Assembly: GCA_035517595.1 (NCBI GenBank)
Contig: DATIYN010000011.1
Coordinates: 1 to 47,515, forward strand
Length of the DNA stretch: 47,515 nucleotides
DNA from: Burkholderiales bacterium
GTDB taxonomy: Bacteria > Pseudomonadota > Gammaproteobacteria > Burkholderiales > SG8-39
Direction: 5' to 3'
The position numbers were made by a program, and so were the translations under genes. Positions within the stretch are counted from its first letter, which is position 1. Each line of letters opens with the position of its first letter. Under the pieces are notes generated by a model. The model saw only the letters and a program-made list of their open reading frames with translations, had not been told where the DNA came from and searched no databases. This document shows, piece after piece, positions 36,023-45,435 of the stretch.

Positions 36023-37819
36023 TCAGGTTGCGGCCACCATGATGCTCGGATCGGGCCGCTCCGCATAGAGGCGTTCCACCAGCGCGGAGCGGTTCTTCAG
36101 CACCGCGCGCTGGTTGATCGAGCCCTTGTCGGTGATCTCGCCCGCATCGATCGACGGCGGTGTCTCGACGACGAGCGCGCGCGCTACGCGCGTCGAGCTG
36201 CCGGTCGCAGCGCGCGCAAGCTGCCGGAAGGCGCGCTCGAGGTAGGTGCGGATCTCCTCGGCGCGCAGCTCACGGCAGGCGACGGCGTTGAGGAACACCA
36301 GCGCGCCCAGCCAGTCGCGATCGTGGCCGGTGATGACGACGTCCTGCACCAGCGGCGAGCACGCCGCGTTGATTTTCGCGCGCAACGGGCCGACGCTCAC
36401 CCAGGTGCCCGTGGTGAGCTTGAAGTCCTCGGCGGTGCGCCCGTCGAACTCGAAGCCCTGGCGCGGATCGTCGGGATCGACGAAGCGCAGCGCGTCGCCG
36501 GTGCGATAGAAGCCTTCCTCGTCGAAGGCGGCGGCCGTGAGTTCCGGCTGGCGCCAGTAGCCCGGCGTGACGCTCGGGCCGCGGAAGCGCGCTTCGAGCT
36601 TCTCGCCGACCGGCGCGAGCTTCATCTCCAGGCCGTCCACGGGCAGGCCGACCGTGCCGGCGCGCGCCGCGCCGCGGCTCGTGAACATCGCTGCCGGCGC
36701 GGTCTCGGTCGCGCCGTAGCCGGTGATCCAGAGGATGCGCTCGCCGCAGGTCTCGAGCGCGAGCGCCTCGTAGTCCCGCCAGATCGGCTGCGGCAGCACC
36801 GCCGCCGCGTACTGCAGGAGCCGCAGGCGGCTGAAGAAGGTCTTGCGCAGACCGGCATCGGCGCGCAGGAAGGGCAGCAGCGCCTCGTATCCGCGCGGCA
36901 CGTTGAAGTAGATCGTCGGCGCGACCTCGCGCAGGTTGGCGACGGTCTTCTCGATGAGGCCCGGCAACGGCCTGCCCTCGTCGATGTAGAGCGTGCCGCC
37001 GTGGTTGAGCACGAGGCCGAAATTGTGATTGCCGCCAGCGGTGTGGTTCCACGGCAGCCAGTCGACGAGCACCGGCGGTTCCTCGCGCAGCGACGGCAGC
37101 GCGTGCGTGAGCATCTGCTGATTGCTGCAGAGCATGCGCTGCGTGTTGATGACGGCCTTCGGCTGCCCCGTGGAGCCGGAAGTGAGCAGGAACTTGGCGA
37201 CCGTGTCCGGGCCGACGGCGGCGTGCGCCGCTTCGACCGCGGCGCCGGGCTCGGCCGCCTCGAGCGCCGCGAGGTCCTCGGCGCCGATCACCTCGGTCTG
37301 CGCGGGCACGGCGGCCGCGATCGCCTTGGCGAAGCGCGCACGATCCGAGGCGTAAACCAGGCCCGGCGTGAGCAGCGCGAACACTTGCCGCAGCTTGCCG
37401 TGATCCGTGGAGACGAGCGAATAGGCGGAGGAGATCGGCACGTACGCGATGCCGGCGTGCAGGCAGGCGAGCGCCAGCAGCCCGTGCTCGAGATCGTTGT
37501 CCGAGAGGATCGCGAGCGGGCGCTCGCGCGAGAGCCCGCGGTCGATCAGCGCCTGCGCGACGCGGCGCGCGCGCGCGTAGGCCTCGCCGTAGGCGAGCCG
37601 GCGCCAGCCGCCCGAGGGCGCGCGCTGCGCGAGAAAGGCCCGATCGGGCGCTGCCTGCGCCCAGTGTGCGAGGCGCTCGGTGAGCTTCCGGGGATAGGCG
37701 CCGAGCGGATGCGGCGAGCGCAGCAGCAACGAGCCGTCGGCGCGCCGCTCGAGCCTGACGTCGGCGGTGCCGAGCGTGACCGCGCGCACGCGCGCCGGTC
37801 GCGTCGTCGTCGCTGTCAT
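36023..37819 (-). CDS. AMP-dependent acyl/aryl-CoA synthetase (feruloyl-CoA-synthase-like, ~600 aa class)
   Basis: 598-aa ORF. The AMP-binding motif is [18 protein letters not shown], followed by GYGATET. The N-terminus [39 protein letters not shown] is typical of proteins usually annotated as feruloyl-CoA synthase. Confidence 0.85.
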   Translation of the reverse strand: MTATTTRPARVRAVTLGTADVRLERRADGSLLLRSPHPLGAYPRKLTERLAHWAQAAPDRAFLAQRAPSGGWRRLAYGEAYARARRVAQALIDRGLSRERPLAILSDNDLEHGLLALACLHAGIAYVPISSAYSLVSTDHGKLRQVFALLTPGLVYASDRARFAKAIAAAVPAQTEVIGAEDLAALEAAEPGAAVEAAHAAVGPDTVAKFLLTSGSTGQPKAVINTQRMLCSNQQMLTHALPSLREEPPVLVDWLPWNHTAGGNHNFGLVLNHGGTLYIDEGRPLPGLIEKTVANLREVAPTIYFNVPRGYEALLPFLRADAGLRKTFFSRLRLLQYAAAVLPQPIWRDYEALALETCGERILWITGYGATETAPAAMFTSRGAARAGTVGLPVDGLEMKLAPVGEKLEARFRGPSVTPGYWRQPELTAAAFDEEGFYRTGDALRFVDPDDPRQGFEFDGRTAEDFKLTTGTWVSVGPLRAKINAACSPLVQDVVITGHDRDWLGALVFLNAVACRELRAEEIRTYLERAFRQLARAATGSSTRVARALVVETPPSIDAGEITDKGSINQRAVLKNRSALVERLYAERPDPSIMVAAT

Positions 37820-37821
37820 AC

Positions 37822-38514
37822 TCAGAGCGCGGCGACGATCTTGACCTTCAGCTCGCCGACGCCATCGACGCCGGCATGCAGTTCGTCACCCGGCTTGACC
37901 GGGCCGACGCCCGCCGGCGTGCCCGAATAGATGAGGTCGCCGGGCTCCAGCGTGTAGTACTCGGAGAGGAACGCGATCTGCTCGGGCACCGACCAGATCA
38001 TGTCCGACAGGTCCGCCTTCTGGCGCTCCTTGCCGTTCACCTTGAGCCAGATCGCGCCCTTCGAGGGATGGCCGATCCGGGTCGCCGGCACGAGCGTGCT
38101 GCAGGGCGCGGATTCGTCGAAATTCTTGCCGAAGTCCCAGGGCCGGCCGTGGTCCTTGCCGACCTGCTGCAGGTCGCGGCGCGTCATGTCGAAGCCGACG
38201 CCGTAGCCCCAGACGTGCTCGTTCGCCTTCTTCGCCTCGATGCGCCGCCCGCCCTTGCCGATGGCGACCACCATTTCGGTCTCGTAGTGGTAATTGGATG
38301 TCTTCGCCGGATAGTGGACGTTGCCGCCGCCCGGGATCAGGGCGAACTCCGACTTGATGAAGAAGAACGGCGTCTCGCGGCCATCGCCGCCCATCTCCTT
38401 CTGGTGCTCGACGTAATTGCGGCCCACGCAAAAGATGCGCCGCACCGGGAAGCGGTCCTTGGAATCCTTGACCGCGAGCGAAGGAATCTCCCACATCGGG
38501 ATCACATGTGCCAT
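37822..38514 (-). CDS. Fumarylacetoacetate hydrolase family protein (fumarylpyruvate-hydrolase-like size class)
   Basis: 230-aa ORF. FAH-family blocks are RIFCVGRNYVEHQKEMG, HYETEMVVAIGKGG, DMTRRDLQ and GDLIYSGTPAGVGPVKPGD. Confidence 0.85.
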   Translation of the reverse strand: MAHVIPMWEIPSLAVKDSKDRFPVRRIFCVGRNYVEHQKEMGGDGRETPFFFIKSEFALIPGGGNVHYPAKTSNYHYETEMVVAIGKGGRRIEAKKANEHVWGYGVGFDMTRRDLQQVGKDHGRPWDFGKNFDESAPCSTLVPATRIGHPSKGAIWLKVNGKERQKADLSDMIWSVPEQIAFLSEYYTLEPGDLIYSGTPAGVGPVKPGDELHAGVDGVGELKVKIVAAL

Positions 38515-38636
38515 TCGGTACTGTCTCCTGGAAGAGGCGCTATTCTAATCGCGCGATGCGCTCGGAACGAGCCCCAAAGCGGGTCGGGCGTGCTAGGATT
38601 TGCGGGAATTTTTCGGCCCTAGGAGGGGGAAGAATC

Positions 38637-39842
38637 ATGCAGATCCATCGCATCAGGTTGCTCGCCGCGGCGGGGCTCGCCGCGTTCGCCGTCGGCGCGG
38701 CGGCCCAGACTGTGAAGCTCGGCGTGGTGCTGCCCTACACGGGCGTCGGCGCCGAGTTCGGCCAGCAGGTCGATCGCGGCATGCAGATGTTCATGAAGCT
38801 GAACCCGAAGGCCTTCGGCCCCTACAAGATCGAGATCGTCAAGCGCGACTCGAAAACGCCGAGCGGCGCGGAGGCGAAGGTCGCGGTGCAGGAGCTCGTC
38901 ACGCAGGACAAGGTCGACATTCTGACCGGATTCATCTACTCCCCGGATGCCATCGCTTCGGCGTCGCTGGTCACGGAAGCGAAGAAGCCGATGGTAATCA
39001 TGAACGCGGGCACCGCCTGGATCACCGGGCTCTCGCCGATGATCGCGCGCGTGTCGTTCTCGATGTGGCACGCCGGATTTGCCATGGGCGAGGCGGCCGC
39101 GAAGATCGTCAAGGCGAAGACGGCGGTGGTCGGCTACACCGATTTCCCGCCGGGCAAGGACAGCCTGGACGCGTTCAAGCGCGGCTTCGAGGCGAACGGC
39201 GGCAAGGTGATCGACGCGATCCCGATGGGCGGCCCGGGCCAGGTGCCGGATTTCACGCCGTTCTTCCAGCGCGCCAAGGACAAGAAGCCCGACGTGTTTT
39301 TCGTCTTCGTGCCTGCCGGCGACCACGCGCTGGCCGTGGTCAAGACCTATGGCGCCCTCGGCATGCGCGCTGCGGGCATCAAGCTGATCGGGCCGGGCGA
39401 CATCACCCAGGACATCAAGCTGCAGGCGATGGGCCAGGCCGCGGCGGGCATGATCACCATCCACCACTACAACGCCGATCTCGACAATCCTGCCAACAAG
39501 CGCCTGGTGGCGGCCTGGAAGAAGGAGTACGGCCCGGACTCGACGCCGGACTTCATGGGCGTGCAGGGCTACGACGGCATGGCGGCGATCGCGCACGTGG
39601 TGACGACGCTGAAAGGCAAGATCGACCCCGATGCCGCGATCAACGCGTTGCGAGGCTGGAAATTCGACGCCAGCCCGCGTGGTCCGATCTCGATCGATCC
39701 GCGCACGCGCGACATCGTGATGAACGAATACCTGAGCGAGCTGGTGTGGAAGGACGGCAAGCTGCACCAGAAGACCATCGGCGTGCTCAAGGACGTGAAG
39801 GACATGTGCAAGGAGCTGGCCGAGGGTCGTTGCAAGCAATAG
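38637..39842 (+). CDS. HAAT-family (Leu/Ile/Val-binding-protein-like) ABC periplasmic substrate-binding protein
   Basis: Starts at the internal MQIHRIRLLAAAGLAAFAVGAAAQTVKLGVVLPYTG (signal peptide), preceded by an AGGAGGGGG Shine-Dalgarno sequence. The track ORF starts at 38508. Confidence 0.88.
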   Translation: MQIHRIRLLAAAGLAAFAVGAAAQTVKLGVVLPYTGVGAEFGQQVDRGMQMFMKLNPKAFGPYKIEIVKRDSKTPSGAEAKVAVQELVTQDKVDILTGFIYSPDAIASASLVTEAKKPMVIMNAGTAWITGLSPMIARVSFSMWHAGFAMGEAAAKIVKAKTAVVGYTDFPPGKDSLDAFKRGFEANGGKVIDAIPMGGPGQVPDFTPFFQRAKDKKPDVFFVFVPAGDHALAVVKTYGALGMRAAGIKLIGPGDITQDIKLQAMGQAAAGMITIHHYNADLDNPANKRLVAAWKKEYGPDSTPDFMGVQGYDGMAAIAHVVTTLKGKIDPDAAINALRGWKFDASPRGPISIDPRTRDIVMNEYLSELVWKDGKLHQKTIGVLKDVKDMCKELAEGRCKQ

Positions 39843-39863
39843 CGGACCGTACGACGCAGATCG

Positions 39864-39906
39864 CCGCCGCCGCCCGGGGCCAGCCTCGGGGCGGCGGTTT
39901 CTTTTT
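39864..39906 (+). terminator. Intrinsic terminator or attenuator after the binding-protein gene, abutting the permease ATG
   Basis: CCGCCGCCCG-loop-CGGGGCGGCGG (one bulge) followed by TTTCTTTTT. The next ATG follows immediately at 39907. Confidence 0.6.
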
Positions 39907-40779
39907 ATGGACCTGACGAGCCTCTCGAGCATCCTGCTCGGCGGCATGGCCGCCGGCATGGTGCTGTTCATCGTGTCGGTGGGACTGTCGGTGACGATGG
40001 GCCTCATGGGCTTCGTCAACCTCGCCCACGGCGCGTTCGCGATGCTGGGCGGCTACGTCATCGTGCTGTCGATGCGGCACTGGGGGCTGCCGTTCCTCGC
40101 CGCGCTCGTGCTCGGATTCGCGGCCGTGGCGCTGGTGTCGGTCGCCTTGGAGCGGCTGCTGTACGCGCCGCTGTATCGCGCGAGCGAGCTCGACCAGGTG
40201 CTGATGACGATCGGGCTTGTCTTCGTGACGATTGCCGCGGTCACGCTCGGCGTGGGCCCGGAGACGCAGACGGTGGTGCTGCCGGACTGGCTGAGCGGCC
40301 AGACCGACCTCGGCTTCATGACCTACCGCACCTACAGTCTGGTGCTGATCGCGGCCGGCAGCGTGCTGATGGCCGCGCTCTGGCTCGGCTTCGAGCGCAC
40401 GCGCATCGGCGCGCGCATCCGCGCGGCGGTCGACAACCGGCGCATGGCGCAGTCGATGGGAGTGGACGTGGGGCGCCTGTTCACCCTCACGTTCGCGCTG
40501 GGCAGCGGGCTCGCCGCCGTCGGCGGCGGCCTCGGCGCGGAAATCCTCGGTCTCGACCCGCAGTACCCGTTCCGCTACCTCGCCTATTTCCTCATCGTGG
40601 TGGCGGTTGGCGGCCTCGGCCGCATCAGCGGCGTATTCTTCGCGGCGATCCTCATCGGCGTGCTGGACTTCGTGCTGAAGATCTATTTTCCGAAGGGCGG
40701 CACGCTGTTCATCTACGCGCTCGCGCTGTTCCTGCTGCTGGTTCGTCCGCAGGGCCTGTTCGGGAGGCGCGGTCCGTGA
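39907..40779 (+). CDS. HAAT-family ABC transporter permease (LivH-like)
   Basis: 290-aa polytopic membrane ORF. It contains GLMGFVNLAHGAFAMLGGY, typical of the LivH family. Confidence 0.9.
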   Translation: MDLTSLSSILLGGMAAGMVLFIVSVGLSVTMGLMGFVNLAHGAFAMLGGYVIVLSMRHWGLPFLAALVLGFAAVALVSVALERLLYAPLYRASELDQVLMTIGLVFVTIAAVTLGVGPETQTVVLPDWLSGQTDLGFMTYRTYSLVLIAAGSVLMAALWLGFERTRIGARIRAAVDNRRMAQSMGVDVGRLFTLTFALGSGLAAVGGGLGAEILGLDPQYPFRYLAYFLIVVAVGGLGRISGVFFAAILIGVLDFVLKIYFPKGGTLFIYALALFLLLVRPQGLFGRRGP

Positions 40780-40801
40780 GGCCGCTCGACGGAGCGGGAT
40801 C

Positions 40802-41794
40802 ATGAGCGCGGCGACCGAGCTCGCGCGCCGCCACCGCCTGCGCTGGTGGGAGGCGCTGCCGTGGATCGCGGCGCTCGCCTGCTTCTTCCTGTTTCCCGAC
40901 TATCTTGCGTTCGGCACGCAGGTGCTGATCACGATCCTGTTCGCGCTCTCGCTCGACCTCGTGCTCGGATACGCGGGCATCGTCACGCTGGGCCACGCCG
41001 CGTTCTTCGGCGCCGGCGCCTATACGGTCGGCATGCTCGCGATGCACCTGGGCTGGACCGAGCCGCTCTCGGGCCTCGCTGCGGCGGCGCTGGTGGCCGG
41101 GGCGATCGGGCTGGCGAGCGGCCTGGTGTTGCTGCGCACGCAGGGTCTCGCGCTGCTCATGCTCACGCTGTGCACGATGGCACTGCTCGAGCAGGCGGCC
41201 AACATGGGCGCCGCCTGGACGGGCGGCTTCGACGGCATGCCGGGCCTCGCGTTCGGCAAGATCCTCGGCCTGTTCGGGTTCGACGCGCTCTACTACCGCT
41301 CGCAGTACCTGTACGTGCTGGCGGTGCTCTTCCTGTGCTTCGCGCTGTTGCGCACGCTGGTCTACTCGTCCTTCGGCCAGAGCCTCACGGGCATCCGCGA
41401 GAACCTGCTGCGCATGCACGCCGTCGGCGCGCCCGTGCGCGCGCGGCAGGTCATCGCCTACACGGTTTCGGCGGCGCTCGCCGGGGTCGCCGGAGCGCTG
41501 TTCACGCAGGCGAACGGCTACGTGAATCTCGCGGTGCTGGGCCTGGAGCGCTCCGCGGGCGTGGTGATCATCCTGATTCTCGGTGGCTACGGCCGCCTGT
41601 ACGGCGCGTTCGTGGGCGCGATCGCCTACCTGCTGATCGAAAACGTGCTCGCCAAGGCCTATCCCACGGCCTGGCAGCTGGGCCTCGGCGTGACGCTCGT
41701 CGCGGTGGCATTGTTTGCGCGCAACGGCGTGCTCGGCGTGCTGGAGGCGCTGCGCCGCCGCCTGGCGCGACAAACCCGGGGGACCGCCCGATGA
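40802..41794 (+). CDS. HAAT-family ABC transporter permease (LivM-like)
   Basis: 330-aa polytopic membrane ORF. It contains LVLGYAGIVTLGHAAFFGAGAYT, typical of the LivM family. Confidence 0.9.
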   Translation: MSAATELARRHRLRWWEALPWIAALACFFLFPDYLAFGTQVLITILFALSLDLVLGYAGIVTLGHAAFFGAGAYTVGMLAMHLGWTEPLSGLAAAALVAGAIGLASGLVLLRTQGLALLMLTLCTMALLEQAANMGAAWTGGFDGMPGLAFGKILGLFGFDALYYRSQYLYVLAVLFLCFALLRTLVYSSFGQSLTGIRENLLRMHAVGAPVRARQVIAYTVSAALAGVAGALFTQANGYVNLAVLGLERSAGVVIILILGGYGRLYGAFVGAIAYLLIENVLAKAYPTAWQLGLGVTLVAVALFARNGVLGVLEALRRRLARQTRGTAR

Positions 41795-42555
41795 GCGCGA
41801 GCGGCACGCGGGCGCCGATGCTGGAAACGCGCGCGCTGTGCAAGAGCTTCGGCGCGCTGGAAGTCGCGCGCGAGATCGACTTCCGGCTCGAGCGCGGCGC
41901 ACGGCACGCGCTGATCGGCCCGAACGGCGCTGGCAAGACGACGTTCGTCAATCTGCTCACCGGCGTGCTGCAGCCCTCGCGCGGCAGCGTGCTGCTGGAG
42001 GGCGAGGACGTCACCTCGCTCGCGCAGGCCAGGCGCGTCAAGCGCGGCATCGCGCGCACCTTCCAGATCAACCAGCTGTTCCGCGGCCTGACGGTGCAGG
42101 AGAACGTCTGCATCGCCGTCGCCGAGCGGCTCGGCGTCGGCGGCGCGATGTGGCGCGCCGCGGGCAGCCGCGCCGACGTGCTCGGCGAGGCGGCGCGGCT
42201 GATCGACATGCTCAAGCTCGGCAGCGACGCGGGTCGCCGGATCGTCGAGCTTCCCTACGGTCGGCAGCGCCTCGTGGAGATCGCGATCGCTCTCGGCCTC
42301 GCGCCGCGCGTGCTGCTGCTGGACGAGCCCGCGGCCGGCATCCCGAGCGCCGAGAGCCACATCCTGCTCGATGCCATTGCCACGCTGCCCGAGGACATCG
42401 CCGTGCTGATCATCGAGCACGACATGGACCTCGTGTTCCGCTTCGCCGGGCGCATCACGGTGCTCGTGAGCGGCGCGATCCTCGCCGAGGGCACGCCCTC
42501 GCAGATCGCCGCCAACGCGGACGTGCGCGCGGTCTACCTCGGCAACGCGGTATGA
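41791..42555 (+). CDS. HAAT-family ABC transporter ATP-binding protein (LivG-like)
   Basis: Starts at the internal MSASGTRAPMLETRALCKSFGALEV; its ATG overlaps the upstream TGA. Walker A is GPNGAGKTT, the signature is LPYGRQRLVEIA, and Walker B is LLLDEPAAG. The 569-aa track ORF is an off-frame extension through the LivM-like gene. Confidence 0.9.
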   Translation: MSASGTRAPMLETRALCKSFGALEVAREIDFRLERGARHALIGPNGAGKTTFVNLLTGVLQPSRGSVLLEGEDVTSLAQARRVKRGIARTFQINQLFRGLTVQENVCIAVAERLGVGGAMWRAAGSRADVLGEAARLIDMLKLGSDAGRRIVELPYGRQRLVEIAIALGLAPRVLLLDEPAAGIPSAESHILLDAIATLPEDIAVLIIEHDMDLVFRFAGRITVLVSGAILAEGTPSQIAANADVRAVYLGNAV

Positions 42556-42579
42556 ATCCGCGCTCCGGAGAATCGCTCG

Positions 42580-43281
<702 letters not shown>

Positions 43282-43287
43282 CGCAAT

Positions 43288-44820
43288 TCAATCCTTCCCG
43301 GCGAGCTCCCGCTCGAGCATTTCGCGCAGCTTGAAGCGCTGCACCTTCCCGGTCGCCGTGCGCGGCAGCTCATCGACTGCGCGGATCCATTTCGGGCGCT
43401 TGAAGCGCGGCAGGCCCGCGGCGCGCGCGCCGGCCGCCGCGAGCGCTTGCGCCGACTCGCCGCGCGCGGTGACGAACAGCGCGAGGCGCTCGGCGCCTTC
43501 CGCGTCGGTCACCTGCACGCAGGCCGCCTCGGCGATCGCCGGGTCTGCCGTGACGGCTTCCTCGACTTCGCCTGGCTGCACCCATTGGCCCGCCACCTTG
43601 AGCAGCTCATCGGAGCGTCCCTGGTACAGGTAGAAGCCTTCGGCGTCGCGCATGAACAGGTCGCGCGTGCAGAACCAGCCGTCGCGAAACTGCGCGGCGG
43701 TCAGCTCCGGACGATTCGCGTAGCCGAGCGCGAGCCCGGGATGACGCACCCAGAGCTCGCCGCTTTCGCCCGCCGCCGCTTCGCGGCCTTCGTGCGTGAG
43801 GATCCGCGCTTCGACGCCCGCCACCGGCTTGCCGGTACGCGTGCCGTTCGAGGTCCCGGGCGGCGTGATCATGCAGGCGCAGAACGTCTCCGACATGCCG
43901 TACAGCGAGAGAATCTCGCCGCCCGTCGCCGCGCGCCATTGCGAGACGAGCGAGGCGGGCAGGCGTTCGCCGGCCGCCACGAAGCGCCGCACGGCGCGCA
44001 TCGGCTCGAGGCGCGCCCTGCCCAGCGCGAGCAGGCTTCGGTACATCGTCGGCACGCTGAAGAAGGTCGCGGGTCGATGCTGCGAAACGAGCGCAAGGAC
44101 CCGCTCGACGTCGGGCCAGTCGGGCTCGAGCACCGCAGTCGCGCCGATGGCGAGCGGCCCGAGGAGCCCGTGCTCGAGCGCATAGGCGAAGAACAGCTTC
44201 GAAGTCGTCAGGCTGCGCTCGCCGGCTGCGAGCCCGACCACGTCGCGCTGCCCCTGCCCGGCGCAGCGCACGCTGCGGTGCGTGTGCATGATGCCTTTCG
44301 GCTTGCCGGTGGTGCCGGAGGAATAGAGCCAGAACGCGGGATCCTCGTCGTCCGCCGCCTGGGGCGCCGGGAGCGGCGCCGCGCGCTCGACCGCGGCACG
44401 CCAGGACAGCTCGGGCGGCGCGCCTTCGCCCGCGATCGCGAGCCGTCCTGCGCCGCGTTCCTCGGCACTCAGGTCCGGCCGCGCGGCGGCGAAGACGTCT
44501 TCGACGATCGCCAGGCGTGCACGGCTGTCGGCGCGCACGTGCCGGTACTCGGCCTCGGAGAGCCTCGTATTGAGCGCCACTGCCACCGCGCCCAGGTGTA
44601 CCGCGCCCAGCCAGGCAGCGGCGAATACGGGTGTGTCGCGCATGAGCAGCAGCACGCGCTCGCCCGGGCGCACGCCGAGCGCGCGCATTGCGCCGGCCGC
44701 GCGCGCGACCTCGGCGGCGAGCTCGGCGTAGCTCAACATCTGCGCGCCGCAGACTAGCGCCGGGCGCGCACCGTGCCGCCCGAGCGCCGCGGCGCCGAGG
44801 AAATGCTCGATTGCGTTCAC
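43288..44820 (-). CDS. Aryl-CoA ligase (benzoate / 4-hydroxybenzoate-CoA ligase family)
   Basis: 510-aa ORF with a GTG start. The AMP-binding motif is WLYSSGTTGKPKGIMHTH, followed by YGMSET. The C-terminus is PRTATGKVQRFKLRE. Its linkage to an HAAT ABC importer is typical of aryl-CoA ligase loci. Confidence 0.88.
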   Translation of the reverse strand: MNAIEHFLGAAALGRHGARPALVCGAQMLSYAELAAEVARAAGAMRALGVRPGERVLLLMRDTPVFAAAWLGAVHLGAVAVALNTRLSEAEYRHVRADSRARLAIVEDVFAAARPDLSAEERGAGRLAIAGEGAPPELSWRAAVERAAPLPAPQAADDEDPAFWLYSSGTTGKPKGIMHTHRSVRCAGQGQRDVVGLAAGERSLTTSKLFFAYALEHGLLGPLAIGATAVLEPDWPDVERVLALVSQHRPATFFSVPTMYRSLLALGRARLEPMRAVRRFVAAGERLPASLVSQWRAATGGEILSLYGMSETFCACMITPPGTSNGTRTGKPVAGVEARILTHEGREAAAGESGELWVRHPGLALGYANRPELTAAQFRDGWFCTRDLFMRDAEGFYLYQGRSDELLKVAGQWVQPGEVEEAVTADPAIAEAACVQVTDAEGAERLALFVTARGESAQALAAAGARAAGLPRFKRPKWIRAVDELPRTATGKVQRFKLREMLERELAGKD

Positions 44821-44897
44821 TGGCCCCTCTGCGGCGCGATTGCGCCGCTTTCGGTGTTCGCCTAGGATCGTAACGTTCGCACCGTTGCAAGGTCAAA

Positions 44898-44916
44898 TTG
44901 TTTGGAAGCCAAACAA
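44898..44916. promoter_or_regulatory. Perfect 8-3-8 inverted repeat TTGTTTGG-AAG-CCAAACAA overlapping the predicted marR start codon; candidate MarR operator
   Basis: Read directly. It lies in the 81-bp divergent spacer between the aryl-CoA ligase and marR. A second inverted repeat, GCGGCGC-GATT-GCGCCGC, lies at about 44831-44848. Confidence 0.4.
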
Positions 44917-45357
44917 AAGCCCAGGGCGCGGCGGCACGGCGCGCCGCTCGCCGCCGGCGCGCTGCCCGGCCTGCTCGGCTACCGGCTGCGCCTCGCGCAG
45001 CAGGCGGTGTTCCGCGACTTCGCCGAGAGCGTGCATGGCCTGTCGCCCGGTCGCGTCGGCCTGCTCATCACCCTCCAGGCCAACCCCGGCCTCACGCAGA
45101 GCCGGCTCGCCGAGTCCGCGAGCCGCGACCGCTCGACGATGGTGGGCGTGCTCGACCAGCTCGAGGCGCGCGGCCTCATCGAGCGCCGGCGCGGCGCCGA
45201 CCGGCGCACCAACGGCCTGTGGCTCACGCGCGCCGGGCGCGCGCTGCTCGGGCGCGCACTGCGCGAGATCGAGCGCCACGAGCGGCGCATCTCGGCGCGG
45301 CTCTCGGCCGCCGAGCGCAGGCAGCTGCTGGCGCTTCTCGGCAAGATCTCCCGCTGA
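44902..45357 (+). CDS. MarR-family transcriptional regulator
   Basis: 151-aa ORF with a TTG start. The winged-HTH region is GRVGLLITLQANPGLTQSRLAESASRDRSTMVGVLDQLEARGLIERRRGADRRTNGLWLTRAG. Confidence 0.88.
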   Translation: MEAKQKPRARRHGAPLAAGALPGLLGYRLRLAQQAVFRDFAESVHGLSPGRVGLLITLQANPGLTQSRLAESASRDRSTMVGVLDQLEARGLIERRRGADRRTNGLWLTRAGRALLGRALREIERHERRISARLSAAERRQLLALLGKISR

Positions 45358-45381
45358 AGAGGAAGGGGCGTGCGTGCGCCC

Positions 45382-45410
45382 AAAAAGAAAAGGGGCGCCT
45401 GCGCGCCCCT
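45382..45410 (-). terminator. Rho-independent terminator of amtB; also closes marR from the other side
   Basis: Perfect 8-bp stem AGGGGCGC-CTGC-GCGCCCCT. On the minus strand it is followed by TTTTCTTTTT. Confidence 0.7.
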
Positions 45411-45435
45411 AAGGACCAGGAGGAAAACGGCTCGG

